A DNA stretch of 64,000 nucleotides from NCBI GenBank assembly GCA_038087875.1, contig JAXLNO010005255.1, positions 1-64,000 of the forward strand. The letters run 5' to 3'. Source of the stretch: Malacoraja senta (Eukaryota). Position 1 is the stretch's first letter. Each line of letters begins with the position of its first letter. Made by a program: the position numbers and the translations under genes. Positions 1-9,796 of the stretch are shown here, piece after piece. The notes beneath the pieces are model-generated. The model ran no database searches. It saw only the letters and a program-made list of their open reading frames with translations, and was not told the DNA's origin.

Positions 1-570
1 GGCTGGTCCCGACATCGCGCGGGGCTCCGAAATTCTTGCAGTGAACGAAATCTTCGCGCGCCAACGGCCTGTCGCGGAACTGACGGTTAAAGTGCGACAG
101 GCCCAAGACCCTGGCGCGACGCAACGTCTCACCTCCAACAGCAGCAGAAGCAGACAAACGATCGCCGAACTTAGCCTGGGGCTCACGGCCGTTGCGGTCC
201 GGATCCGCCCCCACTTCTACTCCCAGAGCGGGCCAAGAAAATTTAAGATAGACACAAAATGCTGGAGTAACTCAGCGGGACCGGCAGCAACTCTGGAGAG
301 AAGCAATGGGTGACGTTTCGGGTCAAGACCCTTCTTTCAGACTGAACAAGAGTCTCGAACCGAAACGTCACCCATTGCTTCTCTCCAGAGATGCTGCCGG
401 TCCCACTGACTTACTCCAGCTTTGTGTCCATCTTCAAATAACGTCACGTGCTCCAGACGGCTGTACGTACGCATGTAATCGCGTCCGACCTTCGCTAGAC
501 CGTCTCGGCTCAACGCGGCCACGAGGTCGCGTAATTTGCGTGCCAAGGACACGTAAGTGGGACAGGCCCT
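1..570. mobile_element. Harbinger-type MITE (right part), interrupted by a Penelope palindrome
   Basis: Ends AAGTGGGACAGGCCCT|taa. Related partial copies at about 15097-15740 and 27540-27670. Confidence 0.7.
243..440. repeat. Head-to-head pair of Penelope-derived terminal repeats forming a ~200-bp palindrome (nested in a MITE)
   Basis: gatagacacaaaatgctggagtaactcagcggg...gacccttc / ...gaaacgtcaccc...ttactccagcttttgtgtccatc. Same family at about 1935-2020, 4940-5070, 5890-6050, 12550-13060, 15232-15420, 24645-24785, 25025-25225, 25785-25940, 42955-43050, 43570-43765, 44470-44570, 50680-51200 and 55925-56050. Confidence 0.8.
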
Positions 571-958
571 TAAATCTAAACAGCTCTTAGTAAGGGCACC
601 ACACATAATCCTCATAATCAACACTAAACACTGAAGGCAACCATTGATGGTGACATGAATCTTTGTTCACCAAAATCAAAGCATCATCAACTGTCACAAA
701 ACAAACTGTCACAAAACAAAGATTGCAGTTGCTTCAAATCGTGCAAATATGAGCATTTGGAATATCCATTTCCTGACATGCAATTCGCAACAGGTAATTG
801 CCCAGGCCCCAGCACGTTCATCATTCATAGGAGCAGAATCAGGCCATTCGGCCCATCAAATACCACTCCGCCATTCAATAATGGCTGAACTACCTTTCTC
901 CCAACCCATTCTCCCCTCTACATAGAGTAACAGTGTAGCAGTGAACAAAGGAACAGAA

Positions 959-1116
959 GGGAAAGGACACAATGTGCTGGAGAAACTCAGTCTGAAGAAG
1001 GGTCCCAACCCAAAATAACACCTCATGTGCTCCAGAGATGATGCCTGGCCTGCTGGTTTACTCCAGCACTTTTCCCCCTTTAGTGTATTAACCAGCATCT
1101 ACAGTTTCTTGTTTCT
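959..1116 (+). mobile_element. Penelope-derived short insertion with 14-bp TSD
   Basis: Flanked by ACAAAGGAACAGAA at 945-958 and 1117-1130. Confidence 0.8.
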
Positions 1117-2619
1117 ACAAAGGAACAGAAACAATTGATTCATGGTCAACTATAAAAGTCAGAGAACAGCCCAAATTCAATGTTTCCATAAATGGGTGAA
1201 CTACTTGAAGCCCTGCGCAGACACAAGTCAACGGCTTGTTTCACACAAATACAGGGAACCACAGTCATGCTACTGAAAACAAGTAGTGTGGATAGTTATA
1301 CTTCTTCAGATAGATAAACTGTCAAGCACACCCAGTGTTGCTTTCAGCAACCCAATCCTTGTGATGAGATTGTTTTCACTCTTTTCAAAGAATTCATTCA
1401 AAGAAGTCCTACAGTTCCAGCTTACAGTTAAATACAAGCAAAACTTTGCAACGGAACACACCTGAACTGCACCAGACCACAGATTTCCCCCTCTTTTCAT
1501 TGGATTAAATTTCAAAATTCTAATGAGCATCTTAAGAATGTTTAGACGCACATCTCTGCAAAAGCAAGAGTCATCTGTGAGCAACTTGTAAACTGAACAT
1601 GAGCCATCCTGTTTTTCCTGTCTTTCCCCTCCATCAGCCAGCTGCTGTCTTGTGTTGAATCCACAAAGGCTTGATTCATCCTTATGATTACTCTTGTACT
1701 TTGCACCACCACTTCCCGCCCATCGCCCCAACCCCCGGCCCAATGATACAGTCAGGGACTGGCAATGGCAGAATTCTGCCCACCCTCCAGAGCAAGTCAT
1801 CCCACCCCACGGACTTCTTCCCAATACACACCAACAGCACAGTGCCCACCCTCCTGTCTCCGGTCCCAAAACATGCGGGCAAAGGTTTAGTTGCCGGGGC
1901 AGAGCCCGATTGATAAAGCAATCACTCCCTAGGCCCAAGATAGACAAAAAAAGCTGGAGTAACTCAGCGGGTCAGACAACATCTCTGGAAACAGGATTGA
2001 GGTCGAGACCCTTCTTCAGACTGAGACAGGGGAAAGGGCTCCAATTTACAGTTAAATGCAAGTTAAACTTTGCATCATTACTACATCTCTAGTGGACACC
2101 GGAACTGCACCAGACCACAGATTTTACCCCATTTATTTACCCACTTTGATAACATTTCCAAATTCTAATCAGTACCTGAAAAATGTTTAGACGCGTGACT
2201 GAGTAGGCAAGAAGCATCTCAGAGCAACTTGTAAACTGAACACTGGCCATCCTGTTAAAAGATTATATTCACAAAACTTTCCTCACCTGGCCTTGTGATT
2301 CCCTTCCATCAGCCAGTTGCTGTCTTTCCGTCTCGGATGTAAACCTTGCTTGTGATGAATCCACAAAGACTGCCTTTATCATCACCTCTTCCACTTGCAC
2401 CGCCCACCCCTCGCCCATCACCCCAACTCCACCCACCCTCCAGAGACAGTCTCCCACCCCACTGACTTCTTCCCAATACACAGCCGGCCCCTCGTCTCTG
2501 GTCCCAAAACATTTGAACAAGAATGTTGTTGGTCTCCAGATTGACAAAGCAATCACTAGGCCCGCTCATGTCAACGTGTTAAATTGAACCGTGCCCAGCC
2601 GGAGTCCTACGTTAGTGGC

Positions 2620-2692
2620 AGGCACGTGCCGTGAGCAATTACTCAAGGTAGGCAGTCAGTCAGCTTTAAAACAATTAAACCGCGCATGCGCA
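2620..2692. promoter_or_regulatory. Promoter-like motifs: E-box CACGTG and NRF1 palindrome
   Basis: GGCACGTGCC near 2620-2630 and GCGCATGCGC at 2682-2691, next to a CpG-rich region. Confidence 0.35.
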
Positions 2693-3039
2693 GATTGCTC
2701 TCTCCGTAAAAATAAAAATAAAAATAAAGACAGTAACAATTCAATTTGCCCAAGGCTTCCTCGTCTCCTTTATTCTGAATTACTGAATGAGTGGGGGGTG
2801 AAGGGTGATGGAAGGTGGAGAGATGGTGGGAAAAACGGGAGTACAGGGAAAAGTTGAATCAGTTGTCATCTAATTGAATGACAACACTTGTTCAAGGGAC
2901 CAATTGGGGGGAGAGTTCCTTTCACAGCGTGTGGAGAGTCTGTGCCAGGGGTAAAGTTGCGGGGAGGGCATGAGTGTTGAGAAGGAGGGGGTCGGGGATA
3001 ATGCCAGTAACTCACTCACTCACTCACTGCTACTGCGGC

Positions 3040-3440
3040 GCTCCGGGCGCCACCGCATTGTAGCCGGGGAGCTGCGAGCGGCCACCGGGAGCCGACGGCA
3101 GAACAGGTCGCCACTTCAGTGCCTTCTGCCGGCCCGCTCACCTTTGGCAGTGCTCTCCGTCTGAACACCTTGCACCTGCCGCTCGCTCATGTCAGCAGCT
3201 TCCTGCAAATCCTTAAATTCCCACAGCCGAGTAACCTCAACCTGAACCTGACATGAGTGAGGCCAGCGAGCGGCAGGAGAGAGGTTTTTAGACGGAGAAC
3301 TGCCAGAGGTGAGCGAGGGCCGGCAGAAGGAGCTAAGGTGGCGGCCGGTTCCGCTGTCCAGCCCGGCGGCCGCTCGCAGCCACCCGAGCTATATCTCCCC
3401 CCGGCCTCAATGCGATGGCTCCGTGCAAGGAGCGTTGCAA
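3040..3440. repeat. CpG-rich inverted duplication (arms ~3040-3195 and ~3248-3440)
   Basis: Both arms read outward as ctgacATGag...gagcggcagg...ACTGCCA(A/G)AG|gtgagc..gggccggcagaagg...ggccgctcgcagc...caatgcg.tggc. Confidence 0.88.
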
Positions 3441-3839
3441 GTGGCATGATCCTGACCCCTCCTTCACAACATTCATGCCCTCCCCGCAACTTTACCCCGG
3501 GCCAGACTCTCCAAACTCTGTGAAAGAATCTCTCCTCCCCCACACCCCGGGAAATACGGTATTTAGAAACATAAGCACAAAATGTACTTACCACATTATC
3601 AGTACACAAACTCCATTCTTTCCTAACGAACACTTTGTTTCCTAAGATACACTTAAAATATTGACAATTCATATTTGAAAACCCTGCCAAGAAACTAGCG
3701 CTGTGCATGTGCAGTAGGCTGCTGCTGCCCAGTGCTGCAAAGGCTGAATTTCTGCTACCTTCAGCTCCCTTGTCATTGACGGCTTGAAGTGCTTTACATT
3801 GGTATAAGAATAGTATAACAACAAACTACATATATATAG

Positions 3840-4790
3840 CCCTCGCTCAGAGGACGTCAGGAAAGGCTTGGGAGTACAGATGAGTTTTTAGTCTAGACTT
3901 AAAGGAGTCGATGGAGGGGGCAGTTCTGATGGGAAGAGGGGATGCTGTTCCACAGTCTAGGAGTTGCAACCGCAAAGGCGCGGTCGCCCCTGAGCTTATG
4001 CCTAGATGTTCAGTAACCTCAAGTCGGCCGATCTGAGGGACCTGGAGGTGGTGTGGCAGGTGAGCAGACTTTTAATGTAGGTGGGGACAAGCCCATTGAG
4101 GGCTTTGTAGACACAAAGGAGGATCTTGAAATTTATACGGAACCGCACAGGGAGCCAGTGGAGAGAGGCCAGGATCGGGGTGATGTGGTCCCTTTTTCGG
4201 GTGCCAGTCAGGAGTCTCGCTGCGGCGTTTTGGACCAGTTGCAGGTGGGACAGGGAAGATTGACTGATGCCAGTGTAAAGGGAGTTGCAATAATCTAGGC
4301 GGGAGGAGATAAATGTGTGGATGATCTTTTCGAGGTCATCAAACTGGAGGAATTGTTTTATTTTAGCTATCGTCCGAAGCTGAAAGAAGATAGCTTTTAC
4401 CACGGCATTGATTTGTTTGTCAAATTTCAGTGCTGAGTCAAATATCATGCCAAGGTTTTTGACGTGAGGTTTGAGTCGTGGGGTAAGGCTTCCAAGGCTG
4501 CCTGCTATCATTTTGATTGAGTCCGAGGGGCCGAGAAAGATGACCTCAGGCTTATTCTCGTTTAGTTGGAGGAAGTTCTGGGCCATCCAACACTTTATAT
4601 CCTCGAGGCAGTGGATAAGGTTAAGCAGATTTGATTGGTTTTTGGGCTTCAGGGGGAGATAGAGTTGTGTATTCTCTGCGTAGCAATGGAAGGAAATGCC
4701 GTGTCTTTCAATGACTTGCCCTAAGGGGAGCATATACAGGGAGAAGAGAATGGGGCCAAGGATGGAACCTTGTGGAACCCCACAGCAGAG
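3840..4790 (-). mobile_element. L2 LINE 3' fragment (RT catalytic YADD mutated to YAEN)
   Basis: ORF 4002-4901: GVPQGSILGP, FISSRLDYCNSL, QNAAARLL, HITPILASLHWLPV. Confidence 0.92.
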
Positions 4791-4794
4791 ACTA

Positions 4795-5245
4795 GCTGAG
4801 ACTAGATTAGATATACAGCGTGGAAACAAGCCCTTCAGCCCACCGAGTCCGTGCCGACCAGCGATCTCGCACACTAACACTATTCTACACACTAGGGACA
4901 ATTTCCAATTTTACCAAAGCCAATTAATCTACAAACTTGTGTAAGAAGGAATTGCACATACTGGTTTAAACCAAAGATAGACATAAAAAGCTGGGGTAAC
5001 TCAGCGGGACAGGCAGCATCTCCGGAGAGAAGGAATGGGTGATGTTTTGGGTTGAGACCCTTCTTCAGACTTGTACAAACTTGTACGTCTTTGGAGTGTG
5101 TGAGGAAACCGGTGCACGCAGAGAGAACCTACGTAGGTCATGGGGAGAACGCACAAACTCTGTATTCCGTAAGGACAGCACCCGTAGTCAGGATCAAACC
5201 CGGGTCTCTAGCGCTATGAGGCAGCAACTCTACCGCTGCACCACC
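4795..5245 (-). mobile_element. HE1-type SINE with nested Penelope repeat
   Basis: Same core in reverse orientation. Further copies at about 14581-14850, 17250-17520, 21060-21250, 28260-28380, 39570-39860, 55075-55370, 56545-56850 and 56905-57195. Confidence 0.85.
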
Positions 5246-6059
5246 TTCTATGTCTGTGTACACAAACAACATAAGGAGAAACAGCTCAGCTGTGAGCAGA
5301 GGAACAGAGGCAATTGTTTCCTGGTCAACTGTAAAAGTCAGAGAAATCACAAAATGAAAAGTTTAAAAAATGAGTGAAGTGTGTGAGGCCCTGTGCAGAC
5401 AGAAAGTCTACAGCTTGTATCTGACAAATGCATTCTAGAGTGCCACTCCCAGGGAAGCACAGCCACTGAACAATTGTAATCACACAAATAAATGTGTGAA
5501 TGGGTGCATTCCACCTTCAACTTCAAAAGCTGCTGAGCAAATCATTGTTGATGTTAGCGTTTCTTGTGAGCAGAGTTTTTTCTCTCTTTTCAAACACGTT
5601 ATTTTTGTCAAACCTTTGAGCCTTAAACTTCCAGATTGCATCTAAATGCAAGCTAAACTTTGCATTTCTACATCTCTAGTGGCCACAAGAACTGCATCAG
5701 AACTGAATCTATCCCTCTACGTCGATTAGCTTTCCAAATTCCAATCAGCAACTGAAGAATTGATGCAGACGTGTGACTCTCTCAGAATGCTGAAAAGGGC
5801 GAGAGGTTTCTCAGAGCAACTTGTAAACCTGCCATCCTGTTTACCCTGTTAAACGACAACTTTCAGCCCAAGGAATTTGTACTGTAGGAAGAAACCTCAG
5901 ATGCTGGATTAAACGGAAGATAGACAGAAAAAGCTGGAGTAACAGCGGGACAGACAAATCTGAAGAAGGGTCTCGACCTAAAACGTCACCTATTCCTTTT
6001 CTCCAGAAATGCTGTCTGACCCGCGGAGTTACTCCAGCTTTTTCTATTTATTTCTAGGA

Positions 6060-6310
6060 ATCAGCTCCCTGCTCTGTCACTGGATCTTTGACTTTCTGAC
6101 CCACAGACCACAAGCAGTGAGAATAGGTGAAACCTCCTCCATAATATTACTCAATACAACGATGCCAAGCAACGATGCATTCTCAGTCCATTACTAAACT
6201 CCCTATACACTCACGACTGTACGGCCAAATTCAACGCTAACTCCATCCACAAGTTTTCAGGTGACACCAATGTACTGGGCTGCACTAGACAATTGCCTAA
6301 CCGCCAGTGA
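6060..6310 (+). mobile_element. Rex1/Babar-like LINE RT fragment
   Basis: LCHWIFDFLTHRPQAVRIG, followed by a degenerate YSLYTHDC...KF region. Confidence 0.7.
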
Positions 6311-7022
6311 CCTTGGTAGAAACAAAGAACTGCAGATGCTGGTTTATACCAAAAATAGACACAAAGTACTGGAGTAACTCACTGGGACAGAATTCTTGCA
6401 GGTGTGTGACTATGAGAAGGCAACAGGTGTCTCAGAGCAACCTGTAAACTGAACACTAGTCATCCTGTTAAGGCAACATTCACTAAACCTTGCTCACCTG
6501 GCCTTGTCTTTCTCCTCTGGCAGCCAGCTGCTGCCTCTGCTCCTCAGCCAGAAGGCTCATGATAAATCTACAAAGGATGCCTCTTGCACTTTCCACCACC
6601 CACCCCCACCCACTGACTTTTCCCAATACACAGCTGACAGAGCAGTGGGCCTGCCCCTCATCTCTAATTCCAAAACAATTAGAAACATAGCAAATAGGTG
6701 CAGGAGTAGGCCATTCGGCCCTTCGAGCCGTTTAATATCACCATGGCTGCTCATTCAAAATCAGTACCCCGTTCCTGCTTTCTCTCCATATCCCTTGATT
6801 CCGTTGGCCCTAAGAGCTTGGCCGTTAGCCCTAAGAATCTGTGGGACACGGTAGGATTGTTAAACTAATCATTTCCAAGCAAGGCTCATTCATGAATGTA
6901 TGAACTGTAATTTAATTTGTAAACAACACCACTAACCTTGGACTGTGGTGTAGTTTACAAATATATGATCATCTTGTTGACATGCGTTGACTTTCTGATC
7001 AGATTGAGACTTTGGAGTCTCA

Positions 7023-7351
7023 TGGGCCTGTCCCATTTACGCGACTTTTTCGACGACTTGCCGGCACCCGTCATAGGTCATTGCAGGTCACAGAAAATGT
7101 TCAACGTTGAAAACCCAGCGGCGACTAGAACAAGGTACGACTCTTTGGGTAACTACTCACGACCATACAGGCTTCACCCCGCGACATGTCACCTGTATGG
7201 TCACGAGTAGTCTCCTCAGTCGCCCAAAGAGTCGTCGCATCTTTCTGGACGCCACTGAATTTTCAACATATTGAACATTTTCAGCGACCTGCAACGACCA
7301 ATGACGGGTGCCGGCAGTCGCCGAAAAAGTCACGTAAGTGGGACAGGCCCA
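7023..7351. mobile_element. Harbinger-type MITE, complete
   Basis: TIRs TGGGCCTGTCCCA.TTACG / CGTAAGTGGGACAGGCCCA and 3-bp TSD TCA (7020-7022, 7352-7354). Confidence 0.85.
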
Positions 7352-8569
7352 TCAGAAGATGGTCAGTACAATTTCCTAAAGACTTTTTCTTGAGCTATAA
7401 TTGATCCTGAAAGCTCAGTTGAATTTTTGGGCCGCATCCAAGTCACAGCTCATCCTTTCCCTTTAAAATATCAATTTCTGAAATGAATAAAAGCAAACTA
7501 TTTGAGTCCACCACCACATCAACACACACAGAAACGTAACATTCAACACTAATTTGTATCAACCATTGATGATGGCCTGACTCTGTTCACCAAAATCAAA
7601 CCTGAATAAACTGATTACAAATCAAATAGTGGCAAAAGCAAACTGCAGCTTATGCCTATCCACATATTGCTGCTGATTTTGGCAGTAGTGTTGAGATAAG
7701 AAACAAACTGCAAAGGTCAAGGAGTCACTGAATCACTGCAATAGGCAACGTTGGATGGGTTGGGCTGGCCTTTATGTCAATCATTGTCACATTGACAAGT
7801 TGGAAGATTAGAATTAGACCATTCGGCCCATCAAGTCCACTCCGCCATTCAATCATGGCTGATCTCTGCCATCTAATCCCATTTTCCTATCTTCTCCCCA
7901 TAACCCTCGACACCCGTTCTATTCAAGAATTTGTCTATCTCTGCCTTAAAAATATCCACTGACTAAAGAAGTTCCTGCTCACCTCCTTTCTAAAAGAGCA
8001 CCCTTTAATTTTGAGGCAATGATGCCACAGCAAGCATCCTCTCGTAGTTTCAGTTGTTGGAATATGTGCTGCAGAATGTTGTCAGATTAGCCGAACACTA
8101 GTGCTTGGTCTGCCAACATACTGGATCTTCCAGTTGCTCACCATTTTAACTGCCCTTCACATTCCCATCATAAGCTTTCTGTCCTCAGCCTCCGCAGCAC
8201 AAATGTTACAAAAAATTAGGCCCAAAAGTGGAACTGAGCATCACGGAATAAGCCAGTTCGGTATTCCGAAAAACGCAAGGAATCAGGGGATTTGGCAAAG
8301 GTCATTCGAGAATTTAAAAACCGATCAGGGTGCCTGGTAGTGGGGAGAGCGGGGTGTAACAGCAAGAGAGAGAGAGAGAGGGGGCAGATGCAAGTGGGAG
8401 ACAGGGAGAGACGGTGAGAGGTGGGGGAAAGAGGTTTCAGTGGTAAAGCCATGGCTCGTTGCTTCTAGGAGTGGAGAAAATGACCTCAATCGACAGAATG
8501 CAATTTCAGAAACCCCTCGTCTCCACCGCGCTGGAGATTTCCGCTGGTGCAAGGAACAAATGGGTTATA

Positions 8570-8984
8570 GTTTGCGTTGAGTGAACTGAGTGTTCTTACC
8601 GTCCTCGTCGTACACCGGCGTTTTGTGAGAGTGGTTGTATCCCGGGATCCAGGGATGGAGGAGTCAGCGGCCGAGACAGGTGAGCGGGCCACGGTAGCTG
8701 GTGCCTCTCCCTCCTCTCACTCGCCGCTGGAAGAAGTGATACCTCTACACCCCGGGTCGAGCGCTGCCTCCTCCATCCCGCTGCTCAGCGGCAGCTGACT
8801 AGGATCCCACAGCATCACCGATGCCTCACATCAGCTTCTGATCCCCCGCCCGCCCGCCCGCCTGTCTGTCTGTCCGGATAATGTGGCCGACGTTGGTTGA
8901 GCTGAAGCTGGGATCCAACCACTCTCACAAAACGCCGGTGTCCGGCGGCGAGAATGTTAACAACACAGTTCACTCAACGCAAAC
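8570..8984. repeat. CpG-rich inverted repeat with nested inner inverted repeat
   Basis: 8570-8650 pairs with 8910-8984, including a perfect 25-mer CACCGGCGTTTTGTGAGAGTGGTTG. GGGATGGAGGAG at ~8652 pairs with ~8768-8779. Confidence 0.88.
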
Positions 8985-9683
8985 TTGAAATCCCCGCTCC
9001 CATCCATCCCAACCACGCTCACACACACGTCTAATGTGTAGGAGGTGTGAAGAAGGCTCTTCTATCCAGAGGTCCGCGGACGGGAGTGTCGGTCGGTCCA
9101 GGCCCGCAGGCAGTGCGGAGGGGTTATGGGGGGGGGGTGTTGTGGGGGTAGTGGGGTGTGTGGGCGGGGGGGGGGAGGGGTAGAGAGCTCGGAGCAAATA
9201 CAGGGGAAGAGCCATGGGGGAGAAGGGGGTATCACGGGAGCCAGCGAGGGGGACCAGAGGGGTAGTGGCTGGAATTGGCAGTGCGATGGGGACTCACAGT
9301 GGGCGCTGGTCGTTCTCATACGCTGGGATCAGAGCCTCTGCTTTCCGTTTGGCGACATCTCCGACTCAAGTCCATACACCCCCTCCCCCCACAACCCCAA
9401 CCCTCCCCTCCCCCCACAACCCCCCCTCTTCCACACAACCCCTCCCCCGTTAAAATAAAATAAAAATAGTTAAAATAAATATTAAAAGGTTATTAAAGTA
9501 AATTAAGTAATCACATTAAGGATGTTTCATTCTAAATATATTTAATATAAAATAATTATAAATAATTTAAAACACTATTAACATTTATGACAGAAATTGA
9601 CATTGTTGCGGGAAATCAACTTTGAATCCAGATTACGTAGAGGTTGTTAGTGTTGCAGAGTGCAGGGCAGCCGAGCTCCAGAA

Positions 9684-9796
9684 TCACATCACTGCTTCTC
9701 CGTGGACACGGAACGGTAGAGGCAAGTGTATTCTGGATGGCCCCAGTTGTTATTCACCCGCAGTTCAGTGAATTTGTAAACGGCAGCATCTTTATT
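9684..9796 (-). CDS. SUN domain terminal exon (NKDAAVYKFTELRVNNNWGHPEYTCLYR...), with 1-nt deletion
   Basis: Acceptor tttgtag|AAT. As written it ends YRSVSTEKQ* (stop at 9689-9691). Adding one base restores YRFRVHGEAVM* (stop at 9684-9686). This exon is not in the ORF track. Confidence 0.92.

Larger units (their letters stand above)
600..7700 (-). pseudogene. Degenerate tandem array of gene-like 5' exons and introns (2-4 diverged copies)
   Basis: Shared blocks: GAGCAACTTGTAAACTGAACA at ~1580, 2222, 5815 and 6436; exon-like units ending GGCCAG|gtgag at 2287-2360 and 6498-6567; acceptor ctctgactttta(c/t)ag|TTGACC at 1149 and 5328; caaccattgatg...tgttcaccaaaatcaaa at ~640-700 and ~7560-7600. 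Confidence 0.55.

Noticed and set aside
1-30. GGCTGGTCC start resembling a Y RNA 5' end
   Set aside because: The match is only 9 nt and lies within a Harbinger-type MITE. There is no Y RNA stem or Pol III terminator.
2350-2395. Minus-strand GTGATGA...TCATCAC hairpin as a C/D snoRNA or pre-miRNA
   Set aside because: There is no properly placed D box, and the stem is not preserved in the paralogous copies at ~1670 and ~6570.
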